Positions 1 through 13,486 of a stretch of 64,000 bases of DNA are shown piece by piece. Numbering within the stretch: the first letter of the stretch is position 1; each line of letters opens with the position of its first letter. The DNA is from Perna viridis (Eukaryota): positions 24,242,001 through 24,306,000 of the forward strand of contig CM074518.1 of NCBI GenBank assembly GCA_037379345.1, given 5' to 3'. The notes beneath the pieces are model-generated. The model did no database searches. It saw only the letters and a program-made list of their open reading frames with translations, and was not told where the DNA came from. The position numbers and the translations under genes were made by a program.

Positions 1-27
1 ATAATTCTATTTTATTTGGCATGTGTA

Positions 28-91
28 ATCGTCTGAATATAGCTGAAATATTGCTGCTCGGACGTTAAACCCCAACAATCAATCAATCAAT
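28..91 (+). mobile_element. 65-nt retroposon 3' tail (hairpin plus (CAAT)n), same tail as the SINE family at 9726 and 19062
   Basis: Reads atcgtctgaatatagctgaaatattgctgctcggacgttaaaccccaacaatcaatcaatc, flanked by the 8-bp direct repeat catgtgta (20-27 and 92-99). Confidence 0.75.
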
Positions 92-369
92 CATGTGTAT
101 GTAAATGCATCAGTCATAAGGTTTCTTTTATCTCTACTTAATAATATAATAGTTTAGTGTTTCTTCAACTGGAGATTGAGTTAACCACTGAAAATGGTAC
201 CTTTGCGACAAAGGCTTGGTATATAGTGATATGTACGAAAAACATAAAACGCTGATCTCCAATTTGTCTTTTACTTCATAATAAACATGGCAAATGCAAA
301 TGGATTCCTCCCTATTTACTCTACATTGGTGCATTGTAATTATATAAATACTCTAGAAAGAACAAAGTT

Positions 370-590
370 TTGGGATTTGTGATTGACAACACCTATTGTC
401 TAATGTGGTAGATGTGTTTTTAAACAGACCGTTGGCATTCCAATGGGGACAAAATGTGCATCGTCAACTCGCTGGCCTATTCCTTTACTCATATCAGGCT
501 CACTTTATGGTTGATCCTATCCAAGAAACAAAACGTCGTTTAAATTGATCTCAGTTTCCGGTACGTAGATGGCGATTGTCTTTAAATCAA
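370..590 (+). mobile_element. Degenerate Penelope-like (Naiad-type) RT fragment
   Basis: Manual translation across frameshifts gives IDN...FKQTVGIPMGTKCA...LFLYSY...FRYVD, i.e. PLE RT motifs B' and C. Confidence 0.7.
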
Positions 591-2584
591 AGTGTGTATG
601 TACTGAATCAATTTATATTGATAGTTTAATTTGTACCCCAAATAAGGGTCAAATTGGAATAATTTTGATAAAATAAATAGAGAGAACGGGAATCGACTTT
701 GAATGGATCTAAACATACTAAGCTTGTTATAAATGGCTAAAAAGGCACTATTTAATTTGATTTGATTACACAACGACATTTAATTTTCTTTTATATAAAT
801 ACCATCAAGATACACGGAACACAGGTTCGTTGTCGACGTACATGCAACACCAAGATGAATAATCACAAAACTGCCCGACACCTAGCGTAATTGTGATTTG
901 GACTACAAGCTACATTTTCCTGTATCTTTAAGGATTCGGACAATCTTCCCTGCTATTTTGTTCATTGAAAAGTGGTCACAAGTTAGTGCTATTATTAGGC
1001 ATTTCTTGTTCTTTTTCACGTTCTAATTCAATTTATCAACCTTAATTTTGCAATTAATAGTCAAATTACAAAAACATCAACAATAGTTGAAAATCAATGC
1101 AGCACTAAGATATATGTACCACTCAAATGGCAACTCCCATATATAAGTATTTCTCTTTTGATTAACTTAAGCTATTGTGCTATGAATCCTCCCATAAAGA
1201 CACCCGTGTGTGTGGTAAAAGCGTTTAGTTTATGTGTGCCTAGTTCCAAGGACAATACAAAAAACAACAAGGTCTGATCAAGAAAATGTAAGTTCCTTGA
1301 GCAGCTACAGCTTTATTATCAAACTGTTGCTAAGAGTTGGAATAGTTCTATTTTTAATGCTTTTTCTCGACCTGTTAATCGCGACCAAATTTGTTAAAAT
1401 TTGGCAAAATAATTTGTATAAATGTATTTATCCCAAATTTTGCTGGAAAAAGAAATGAATCGTCAGATTAGCCAAGAAAATCATATTAGAAATATGTTGT
1501 GCTGTGAAATTTGTTAATCTGTCAAAGTTGGCGAACGATTATTTTGTTCCACTATCCCTCTCGATTTTTTGTCAGATACAGATATATTCCTTATTACATT
1601 CCGATTCTATCGATGTATGACACAAGAAATTCGGTTGAGTGGAACAGGTCGGGCGAGATGAAAAACCGACATAGTACGTGTTTAACTTTCGTTTCCCTTT
1701 TGTTTACAAATGCTCAAATGATCTATCTTTAGATTCAAGATTAAGTGACAGTGGGTTATACGATTACGATAACCGATATTTCTTTCACTGATGAGCTTTA
1801 TTATAACCGTGTAAATCCGTACATTATCTACTGAATTGCAGGGAATGATTAAAGTTTGTAATACATGTGTTTATGATACTGCACACTTTTAATTCATTTG
1901 CATATCCAAAGGATTCTGTCAACTAATTTGCATACAAAATTGACTTTTGTGACACAAAATTAAATTTTGTCTCACAGAATTAAATTTTGTGAGAAAATTG
2001 AATTTTGTGACACAAAACTGATTTTGATTACAAAAAGATCAAGTCCCATTCGGCGCCCCGTAGTAATACCCGACTCAAAGTAGTTCTATTCACCAGATGG
2101 CATTACAATTTTATAAGATATCACTAGAAATAAAGAACAATAACTCAGTCAAGAATATTAGCGTAAAGCGAGGAGCTGGGAAAAAAGAAGTGGTCAAAAT
2201 TTAACCTGTAAAACCATAATTTTAGAATCGGATTGGTTAAATTATTATTTTCAATGGATACAATTTTTTTGGTCCAGATAATAATTTAGATTTGGTTTGT
2301 TGAACTGAAAAAATGGTATACATACTTAAATTTTCCAGTATAAGATCATCATTATTTTTTGCAAGAGCTTTCAAAATTAGTTAGAATTATCGAAGGATGT
2401 GATATAGCAACATATAGCCTTTGTATTGAGCCATTCAAAATACGGCAAGTTTATATTACTTCATTGCTGATGTTGACATTATTTTCTATTACAAGTCTTA
2501 GCGTCAGTTTTGCGTTTGAAGGATTAATCAGGGAACCAAGATTCTTGCACAAATCAAACGAAAATAATACTGGAAAAACACAAG

Positions 2585-2780
2585 CCATGGAAAACAGACA
2601 CACACATACCCATGGTCCCCAAAAGAAACATACATATCAATATAAGGTCCCATTTAGGAACATACCTATAGATAGAAATTGGGTTACCAATGGAGTCCTT
2701 GATAGGAACATACATATCAATATAACTTGGGTTACCAATGTCACCTATATGAACATACATGTAGATATAACATATAGATA
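2585..2780 (-). repeat. About 4 inverted copies of the 47-bp minisatellite
   Basis: aggaacatacatat...ttgggttaccaatggtcc is the reverse complement of the unit at 5180-7110. Confidence 0.7.
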
Positions 2781-5179
2781 TCAATACGATACAACTAAAT
2801 TAAATTACCGATGTATTTTTTTGACTGCATACATAAATACATCTTGAGTATAATACATGTTTGTGTTTTTTAGTACCTGAGTGAATTGCCTTTCCATAAA
2901 CGACAGGCAATTCAACCAGGTCCGGTCAAATAGCCACCGCTTAACAATGTTGCGTTTACGTAAAAAAACTTATCCGACATCAAGTCCTAGCATAACCCCC
3001 TCATCCATGATAAAAAAATGGTTGGTGCCTAAGAAGTCCGCCATTTTCATTGCGTCAAATATTATAATAGAGTATCCGACTTGGTCCCAAAATTAAACGT
3101 TTGCGGTCGTATTTTGTTGGCTTCAGCGTACAGATAGCTCTTTATTGATATTGTTTTACCACGATTCCACTACGATCTTCTACAGATTATGACGGTCTCG
3201 GAGAGTTATGAATTCGGGGGTTGGTGTTAATGTATTGCCATTTTGCATATTTCGCTGGTCGCTCGTATGTTAAGTACGGTAGTGTTCCAAAGTGTAAAAC
3301 TGTGGTATAGGAAAAAGTCTGTCCTCATAGCAGATATGGTAACACTTTATAATCCTTCATTTATCAATAAGTTCGTAATGGCGATCATGGCATGTTAGAA
3401 TAACGACAGCATAACCAAGTTACATCAGCTTATTTTTCAGAGTTAGGAAACAGCAAATTATATTAGTGAAGACGTCAATATTATTCATTTTTTATCCATT
3501 TTATATAATTTGATTAAATTTCTAGCAGTGTCTAGATAGTCGTATGAAGTATCCAGATACATGTGGGTATGGCAAGCATGTGAGATGTATCTAGGTGCTT
3601 CTGAAGAGTTTTTAGATAGTTTTGAGAAGCATCCAGATGTTTGTGCGAAGTATCTAGATATAGCCAAATAGCCGAAACGACCTAACCTAACCAGTAGAGT
3701 GAAAATGATCTAAGCACAGAGCTTTGTGTGAGGGATTTACTTCTTTAAATAATTCATTATTTATGATAAGTTTATTTAAAATTACATTATATAATTCATA
3801 GTGTTTACCTAGATGTAATTAGTATAATCTGAGTCATGTCAATTACATTATAATGCCTTTTGCACATGACTTATCATGACACTTTCATTTTTCAACCAGA
3901 ATTTTCTAATGTTTGATTTTGCAGCAAGTATGAAAATTTACCTTTTTGGACCACTTTTTAGAAGTCTTGCCCATACCAATGTCTGTCAGAACATAACTGT
4001 TATGGCAAAATACCATCTGAGATATTGCACAAAGCATTTCTAAACAAAATATAGACAACTCAGGGTACAACACTCCTAAACTAATGTAAAATCAATATTA
4101 GTTAATTTGATTATAATAAACAGAGCATTGCAACCCTCATTTGAGGTAGACATTCAGAATGGCAAATCCTTTACATGTTGACAAATCTGAATCTGAATAC
4201 CCTACAAATGAGAATTGTAACTTTATACACTTAACATAAAATCATAACGTGAATCAATAACATGATTCCAGTGATGAAAAATGTCATTGTGTGTGTAACT
4301 CCCCCCCCCTTACACACACAGGTATTGTCCGCAGCTTGTTTTTAGAGCGTACGCAGTACTTCTGCGTGCGCAAGAATCCAAAATTTAGCTTGTACGCACG
4401 ATTCACTGTGTAAAGTTTCAAAGCTATAGTCTGGAAGTGCTGTCATTTTTTTTAGCGTACGCTAAAATCAAGGGTCGGGGTACATCTCCATCATTCATAC
4501 AAGTCAATAAGCATATTAAAACCTACCTGCTTAACTTAGTCACACCTTCTTGTCAATGAGTAGGCAAAGGCATTGATTATCTGGATAAGATAACGAAATA
4601 TTAATAATATTATAAAGATGGCAGAAACACAAAAAAATATAGAAAAAAATTTTGACTCCATCCTCTTCCAGAAAAATCCATTCCTACGTCAAATACAACC
4701 AATAATGTACCAACCCGTGTCTAGACAACATGACTTGTGCAAAACATTACGAATGCGTTTTTATATAAGGATTTTTCTTTAGAATAACTTTCCGTTTACA
4801 TAAAGCATATTCTCATGACTTCTTTGCATATCAGAGGCATGAATTCAAAACATTCTTTTCTATAACTAAATGTATCAAGATTAATATACACGTGTATATA
4901 TCTGAAAATTCTGGTAATTGTGAAAGTTTACTCTATCAAATTGAAATAATAGTGCATAGCATAGCATAGCCTCACTAAGATTATAGAAACAGTGAATTAG
5001 AAAAAACAGTTATAAATCACAATGGAGCACAATTTTTCATTCTTTGGGATTATCAAAAAACCAATGCCCGATCATTCAGTTCTTCCCCGAGCTTTTCGCT
5101 TTTCCATATTCAACAAAAGGTGTAAAACATATAAAAGAGGTTCTTCGGTTAGCCTATATTATGTACGTATATTATATAC

Positions 5180-7110
5180 ACAAGTATGTTCATATAGGGG
5201 ACCATGGGTAGTCCAATGTTACATCTGTATGTGAGTTCAAATAGGGGATCCTGGGTAATCTTATGTTATATATATGTTTGTTCCTATGGGGGACAATTAG
5301 TAACCCAATGTAATATCTATATGTACAAATGTATGTTCCCAAATAGGACCATAAGTACCCCAATGTTATATCCATATTTTATCCTTTAGAGATCTGTTAG
5401 TAACCCAACATTATATAATTAATTATGTTACTCCTTTGGAGAACAATGAATAACCCTATCTTATATCTATATGTATATTCCTGTAGTGGATCATGGGTAA
5501 CCCATTTTTATATCTATATGTATGTTTCTATAGTGGACTATTAGTAACCCAAAGTTTGTATGTTCCTATTGGGGAACACGAGTAACCAATATCATATGTA
5601 TATGTATGCCCCCGTTATGTAATCATGGCTAATCCATTGTTATATCTACATGCTACATGTATAGCATAGCCTCACTATGAATATCTCAATGTTATATCTA
5701 TATGCATGTTCCTGTAGTGGATCATGGGTAACCCAATGTTTTATCTATATGTATGTTCCTATAGTGGACCATTAGTAACCCAAGGTTTTATCTAGTTATA
5801 TGTTCCTATTGGGGAACACGAGTAACCAATATTATATATATATGTATGTCCCCTGTATGTAACCACGGCTAACCCAGTGTTATATCTACATGCTACATGC
5901 ATTTCATATCCTCACTAAGAGTCTAGAAACAGTGAATTAGAAAAAAAAAGTTATAAATCATAATGGAGCACATTTTATCTTTTTTTCGGATTATAAAAAA
6001 AACAATACCCGATCATTCAGTTCTTCCCGGGCTTTAAAGTCAAAATGTCTAAAACATAGACATATATGGCTATATAAAGGACCAATGGTAACATCTATAT
6101 GTATGTTCCTATCAAGGACCATGGGTAACCCAATGTTACATCTATAGGTATGTCCCCTATATATCACCATGGCTACCTCAGTGTTATAACTATATACTTG
6201 TTCATACCCAATGTTATACCAATATGCATGTTACTATAGAGGACCATATATATAAACGTCTAAATATGTTTAACATCACCAGAAGATGGTAAAATTTAAA
6301 TTGAATATTTCGGATAACAGATATCCTTCCTCAGCATAAAACTCATAAAACTATATGAGCATAAAACTCACAAAACTTAACGAGCATAAAACTCACAAAG
6401 TTCAAGATCGTACCCTAGGTGGAGCCTTGCATTTCCTACCCGTTCCGTCGCCTCATCACATATCTTCAATATTTTCGACAATGTACCTATATTGTATATA
6501 TGTATGTTCACGTAAAGGACCATAGACAACCCAATGTAATATATATGTGTATGTTTCTACAGGGGACCATGGATAACTCATTGTTATATCTATGTGTGTT
6601 CCTATAGATGACCATGGGTAACCCAAAATCATCTTTGTATTTGTTTATATGGAGGACCATTGGTAACCCAATATTATATTTTTATGTTTGCCTCTACAGA
6701 GGACCATGCGTAACCCAATGTTATATCTATATGTATGTTCATATAGAGGACTATTGGAAACGCAATGTTATACCTGTATGTTTGGTCCTAAAGCGGATAA
6801 TATGTAACCCAATGTTATATCTTTAAGGGGGATTATTGGTAACCCATATGTCAATAATTATGTATGCTCCTTTAGGGAACTATGGGTAACCCGATGTTAT
6901 ATCTATATGTATACACCTTTACGGGACAATTGGTAAAGCAATGTTATATCTGAATGTGTGTTCCTATAGATAGCAATGGGTAACCCAATGTTATATTTAT
7001 GTATTTGTACCTATAATGAACCATTGGTAACCAAGAACTATATCTGTATGTTTGCTACTATAGAGGACCATGGGTAACCCAATGTTATATCTATATGTAT
7101 ATGCTCCTGT
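5180..7110 (+). repeat. Diverged 47-bp minisatellite array, interrupted around 5900-6060 and 6250-6480
   Basis: Consensus is about ggaccatgggtaacccaatgttatatctatatgtatgttcctataga; period 47 (for example 5197 to 5244). The short ORFs here are repeat artefacts. Confidence 0.9.
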
Positions 7111-7319
7111 AGAGAGAATAAACACTGTCCTTTATAAGCTGTTTATAGTTTTATCATCTACTTAGAACATCGTAAGAATTAAATTAAATTTTTACTTTTA
7201 TAAAAAAAAAAGATTGTTGAACGAAATCATTACGGTAAGTTTAGTTATAGTCTATTGAAGAAAATATACAACAGCCATACATACATATAATAATTATATC
7301 TTTGAATCTTTGAATCGAG

Positions 7320-8075
7320 GTTTCATTTTCCGCTATATAGATGGCGTAATATTTTTAAAAAAATTCAAATTTCGGGGATTTGATACATCGCATCTACCCC
7401 AAAGAACTTGAGATAAAGGATGCTACAGACACTGTGAGGTCAGCCTCATATCTTGACCTACAATACGAAATCGATGGTAAAGGAAAACTATTGACCAAAC
7501 TTTACGACAAACGTGATGACTTTTCATTCAGAATTGTCAACTTTCCTTTCATCTGTGGCAACATCCCTTCAGCACCTGCGTATGGAGTGTTCATATCACA
7601 ACTCATACGTTATGCCAGAACTTGAGAAACTACGCGGACTTTTTGTATTGCGCTAGAATTCTAACAAATAGGCTTCTGGGACATGGTTATGTTGCTACAA
7701 GATTGAAGTCATCACTACAAAAGTTTTTAGGTCTTCATCATGAACTCGTGGATTCCTACGGTGTATCGATCTGTGCCATGAAAACTGATTTATTCAATGT
7801 GTCAGTTTCCTCTTTCGTCTACCCCGGACTTGACTTTTCATAAGCAACTCTGCGGGTGTTTCTAGAAAAGCAGAGGACGCTAACCCTACTGGTGCACCTG
7901 ATCCATGCTCCCAGTTTGTAGTGGAGTCCGAGTTGCTCATTTGCTTTTGTTACATTGTATGTATGATATTTTAGTTACTTTATGTTCTTTGGTGTGTATG
8001 TCTGTTTTGCATGTCTGGTCTTTGTCCCTGGATTACATTCGATTACCGCTATAACCTTGGTTCCCTTGATTACTC
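7320..8075 (+). mobile_element. Naiad-type Penelope-like element, 3' part (RT C-terminus/thumb plus 3' terminal sequence)
   Basis: FRYID...IYPKELEIK...ASYLDL...LYDKRDDFSFRIVNFPF...PAYGVFISQLIRYAR; the ORF ends with no C-terminal GIY-YIG. The 3' end (ttggttcccttgattactc) is shared with the copies at 40009, 44206 and 46226. Confidence 0.8.
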
Positions 8076-9725
8076 ATTGAATCTTAAATATTACATTATT
8101 TAAGCAGTTAAGTATTGTAAATCATTTATTGATATATAAGTGTTTGTGTTTGCGTGCGTGACTGTAATTATTCAGTGTAACTGGAAAAAAAAAAGAAACC
8201 ACGTTGTTTGTAAAGTGAAAGTAGATATAAATAATCTCCAATATGAGTAAATTGGTACGCAATCATCTGGCACTATTTGCTGGGATCTCCGGTCAGTATT
8301 GAGCGACAGAAATATCTTCGTACCCTTTCAAACGGAAATCGATTAGTCGCCAGTAAATTTAGAACCGGTCGACAGAAGGGCCGATCGTGCCGATTGGATG
8401 TTTTCTCCTGTTTTGTCCGAAATCCCCAGTAGGCCATGATAGTACTTTGTCCTGTTTAACTTAAACGATGGAATCAAATAAATATATTTCTAATGAACAA
8501 TGAGTAAATAAGAGCGTACCCAAAGTTCAACTCTCTTGACTTCAAAAAAACTTTTAAAGTGCATGTAGTGGTTCTACATGTATATAGTTATATTTTAATA
8601 TGCAATCTGCTATGACTGTTTGGATAGATGAAGCATTTTTAAACTTAAAAAAAACAAACGAAGAGACACTTGGGGGTCATAAGCCATTTCTACTAAAAAT
8701 GCTAAAATGACCCCAAAAAGATAGGTAGGCATGTGCCCATGTTTTGTGTAAAATAATGCATAATTAACATTATTGGTAATTGGATCATTTCAAATCCCCC
8801 ATTTAATGTCACAGGAATGGGTCTTGACCCAAAATGAGAAAAAAAAAATCAAGAGTTATTTCTGTCATATAAGTTTTCATTCCTAATATTTATATTAAAT
8901 AAAATCTATATCAAATTCAATGAGATAGATGAAAAAATATAATGTAATGTCAACTATCGAATTTGAAACAATTCACCCAGGAGCAAAGTGAAGTGATCGC
9001 GAATACGTTGTTTTCTCTCTATCATATACATCAAATTAAGACATCAAGAGGATAGATGTACTTACATAAAGTTAATTACCTGTAGACATTTTTGTGAACT
9101 TTCATTCCGAAAATATTTGCTAGCTGTTTTTTTTTTTGTACAGGTGGTGGTGGAAATGTTCATTTGGAAGGTTGGAAGAGTTCCTGTTTTTTTTCATGGT
9201 GGTTACAGTACATTATAATTTTTTTTGTAAATACTGTTTGATGCGTCTTTATATTTATAACCTGTGCATAAAGAAACAGTGGCTATCGTTAGTCAAAATG
9301 CACATTTTCTTTTACATGACTTATCAGTAATAATGGGGTGTGCAAGATTTTTATAATCATTCTAAGCCTGGGGTTAGTTAATAGAAACTCACAGTAAAGT
9401 AGACTTAATAGGTTCACTTGTAACAATGGGCTACATAAATTGGTGCTTTTATTGCGTTGCATTTTTTGCCTGTATCAATCTCTTGTGAAATCTGTGCAAT
9501 CAAAATATTCCTTGTGTTTTAAATTCCGGTTTGCTGTTAAATAATAAGTTTAAAAGTTTTAAGAAATCATCATGTTGCATCAAATGTCGATAGTGACGAA
9601 TGCTGCTTATTCGGGTAATATATGCAAAATGTACTGATAAGAAGTTATTGGTCAATTATTTGTTATTAAGGCATCGTTGTTAATAAATATGCACAATACG
9701 ACACTTAACTTTTAACTTTTTACGC

Positions 9726-10230
9726 GCCCCGTGCAGGTCCGGGTGTCAAAAGAATTGGCCTGCAGCAGTGCTAAGCTTGTCGTAAAAGGCGACCAAATAG
9801 TGCTCAGAACTTTTTCCGGGGGCTACGGCCCTCTGCCCACAGAACAACAGGGATATGAGCCCCAGGTGGTGGAATGGGGTACCCCTGGCGTGTTACATGC
9901 TGGGGTTGTCAGGCTATAATACGGAAAACCTGACCGCAAAATGCAGTGGTGCACCGTGTTGGGAAAGATGCCACGTTTCTCGCACGTTAAAGAACCCTAC
10001 TGTGGTGTTCTCCCGGAGTAGGAACCATAGGGCTCCGCCACAGGAGGCTAAATTGCCCGACCCTACCCACCTCTCCCTTTTAACAGTGGCAATCAAAATT
10101 TGTCGACCCCTTTATCCTCGTGTCCCATCCCATTTTTCATTTCATGTTCATTTTATCATCCACTTCATGTTCATCGCCTAAATATAGCTGAAATATTGCT
10201 GCTCGGGCGTTAAACTCCAACAAACAAACA
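9726..10230 (+). mobile_element. Full-length SINE-like retroposon (about 505 bp) with non-tRNA head, Meta-like gcacgttaaagaaccc motif and (CAAA)n tail
   Basis: 12-bp TSD aactttttacgc at 9714-9725 and 10231-10242; a close copy lies in reverse orientation at 19062-19580. Confidence 0.85.
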
Positions 10231-10729
10231 AACTTTTTACGCAAAAATCGAAGTCAATAAGGGAATTCGAAAGCAATTAATATCTCGCGAATATTATAAG
10301 CTTTTGGAATTGGAAACGGTTCGACAAGCAACGTTAATCGGTAGCTTATAGAAAAATGGGTCCGACTAAAAACTATCATGTCAACAGTCGTACGCTTCAG
10401 CTACCCAAGCGGAACCCCTAAAATCGAAATTTGTAAATACCAGTGAGAACTCTGTTAACCGTCATATAAGTGTGAAGCCAACCGACAAGTCTGCGCCTAA
10501 CGGTAATGTAACGAGTGATGAACTCTTAATGATCGTGAAAGCCCTAGGGCTTCAACTTCTGATCAGAACACTGAAAACGTTACACTTAGTAATAGTAATG
10601 GGGCTGGAACTTTGAATTTTAACGAATCTACCGAGTCACATTCACCTAATTACACCACGTATTATATTCCTCTACGATCAGGCGGTTAAACTGACAATGT
10701 AAAATCTACTGATGGCGATATGTTCTTTT

Positions 10730-13486
10730 AGTGCGTAAAGAAACGTAGCAAAACTCCTAAATTCTATTTGTCGGGTATTGACTCGAAATCAACACGAGAG
10801 GATATACTCGCCTTCTTGGATCGTAAATGTGTAAATGTGACTTACCTACGGTTGTTCAATAGATACGAAGGGCAACCTTCATATCAGCTAAATAACACGT
10901 TTCTCAAGATTTTGCTTACATGTATGTTCTAAGCGAGAAAAACTTTTGGCCAAACGGCGTATCTTTTAATGAATGGTTGAGCGAACGTGAATGGCATAAG
11001 AGACTATCAGAAGCCCTCCAATAGTATAACGAATATGCTACTCATAACACTTATCATGATTAAATACATTATAATAACTTTAGTATAATTGTTTATGTCG
11101 CTGTCTTTTCAATCATTTATGAACAGTCTCAAAATTGTATCATGGAATGTATGGGGCATCATGTCTTCAACAGTTTGTCTTAGCGCACTTACTATTTTGA
11201 CAAAATGTGATGTATGCATACTGTCTGAACACAAGTTAAAAGAAACATCGATAGATTTTTCGTATAGTTTAGAGAATGGATAATCTTGTATTGCAAAATC
11301 AGTTCAATTGCCACCTGATTATAAAGCATACCATGAAAAAAGAGGCATAGCAATATTATATAAACGTTCTCTACAATTCTCTGTAAATAAAATTTATGAC
11401 AAACTCTCAGAAAGAACTGTAGGAATAGCGTTGTAAAATCAATTATTCAGTTCATTGTATATATATTTGGTGTTTACATGCCCTCAAGCGAAAGCTTGGA
11501 CAGTATGGCAGTGTCACAAGACAGACTATTTCTTGATGTTGCATCGAAGAGTAGTCTTGGATTCTACCAGCACTGCCATATCAAAACTGGAATGCAGATG
11601 ACACTAGCGACTTTAGATCCTCGCGGATAAAACTGCTTGCCAGAACGAACTGCTTAAGTCTAAATAAGAATCTCTTTAGAATGCAGATGTCTGAAACTGA
11701 TCGGTGTCCGCTATGCGATTCGAATAGCGCCGAGGATTTAGAACATTGTTACTTACGTACCCAGCACTCGATCATATACGGTCAAAATATAATACGGTTT
11801 TCAACTCGGTTGTAAATACTGGCTTGAACTTCAGTGAATTGTCGCCAAGTGCCAACGTTTTATTTCTTATTGGTGATATAGGTTATGCTTTTAGCGATGA
11901 TGTTGGTTTGTCATATGATTCTATGGAAGAATGTACCTTGTAGAATCATTTAACAATCGTCGCAGTATTCTTAATCAGTACTTTTTAATGGAAATGATGG
12001 TTTTTGTTTTTTACGTCGTATTTTACTCAGAAATTAGATTTTATTGATATTTTACGACTCATTCACTGAGATTGATATTTTACGTACGATGATGTTCTTG
12101 GAAATTGCTGATATTTTTAATCACAGAAATAACATTTTATGTACTATGATAACCATGTGTTTCTCAGAGGAATTTTATATTGTTATTTTCTATTGTTATT
12201 GCAGCTGAATATTCTAGCAGTTCTGTTGTACATTTTGTAACTATGATAGACGCACCGTACCCTGGTAGCTGGTGCCCCTTTGTAAAGGGGTAGCTTCTAA
12301 ATAAAATATAATACTGTGTTAAATTCCTTTGATATGTTATACTCATACTATAGAAATCAAGGGAATGTTTTGATTGCAGGTGATCTTAACGGTAGTCTAT
12401 TGTCAAAAGATAGGTTGGTGTCTAATGCACTCAAATCAAATCAATTATTGAAATTTGCTAACCGAAATAATTTATGATATGTAGTAAACGAAATACATTA
12501 CAAAGGTCCAAACCATACATTTGTATCAAAAAACAGTCAATCGTAGATTATATTCTGGCTGATGATGTATGTAGATAGATGAGGATTTATGAGATCCTTG
12601 TTGAAGGGGAGATAAGCAGTACTTCCGATCATTTACCAATATACATATATATATATATTTATTTATATTGCATTAAACTCAAATTCTCACATAGTTTTAG
12701 AACAGTGTTATAAACGTCCATCATGGCATCGTATGATAGACTTTCAAATTGATTATTATCAACAGTGTTTAGTGGAGTCCCTAAACGCTTTATCCGAGGA
12801 TATAGAAAGTGGGGTTATAGATATTGACTCGGGATATGATGCATTTTTATCCGTCGTCCTCGATCCGTCAGAGTGTGCTGTACAAAAAAAAAAAACTGTT
12901 TCAAACCAAATACGAAACCATATTGGACTAATGACGTTAAGGAAGCACACAAAGAGGTCGTGGTCGTGTACAGAACGAACATGTAAAATATGGTGGTACA
13001 AAATTTGTGCATTTCATAACTACACTATTTAATCGTATTGTATATGAAGGTCGTATCCCGAGAAAGTGGAAGTGCGGTCTCATAGTTCCCATAGATAAAG
13101 GTGGAACAAAAAGTAAAACTACTTCGGAGAGTTATAGACCTGTTAGTCTTCTGTCTGCTGTTCTAAAATTATTTGAGAGTGTACTAAGATCACGTATTAC
13201 CTCTCGTGTTCTACAGGAAAAATTCCCAAACCCCCAACAGCAAGGATTTCAGCAGTGTCTCGGCTGTATGACAGCTTCCTTTAATCTACATGAAACCATA
13301 TACCACAATATTGAAATGTCTAATAACAAAGTTTATATAGCATTCTTAGATAGTAAGCAGGCATTTGATTCAGTGTGGAGAGTGGGGTTAATGTACAAAT
13401 TGTATAATTTAGGGATAACAGTTACGTTGTGGTGTATAATTAATGATATGCATACTGATACGTATAGCGCTATTGTTGTAAAATGA
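10730..13486 (+). mobile_element. Degenerate CR1/L2-type LINE (ORF1 end, APE endonuclease, RT N-terminal half)
   Basis: ORF1-like FYLSGIDSK...NFWPNGV; APE motifs LKIVSWNV...ILSEHKL (11120-11240), IAGDLN (about 12375) and SDHLPI (about 12625); RT motifs WKCGLIVPIDK...YRPVSLLS...QQGF...AFLDSKQAFDSVW (13007-13486). Confidence 0.75.
11505..12312 (+). mobile_element. 3' end of a second LINE nested in the APE domain
   Basis: Encodes a C-terminal zinc-knuckle-like CPLCDSNSAEDLEH, then a T-rich UTR, a cccctttgtaaagggg hairpin and aataaa at about 12299; the APE motifs resume after it. Boundaries are approximate. Confidence 0.55.

Noticed and set aside
2359-2847. 162-aa ORF
   Set aside because: Non-ATG start, partly made of inverted minisatellite units, and no recognisable domain.
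5180-7110. Regularly spaced repeats resembling a CRISPR array
   Set aside because: The whole 47-bp unit is repeated and degenerate with no unique spacers; there are no cas genes and the context is eukaryotic.
7612-7635. TGA near a conserved Cys in the Naiad RT (YART*), suggesting selenocysteine recoding as reported for some clam and spider Naiads
   Set aside because: The paralog at about 40470(-) reads YARACQNY with TGC. Here the downstream frame shifts, so the TGA results from a 1-bp deletion.
9731-10181. ORFs of 60-108 aa recurring at 9.7, 15.1 and 19.3 kb
   Set aside because: They are chance frames in the GC-richer SINE; frames and stops differ between copies.
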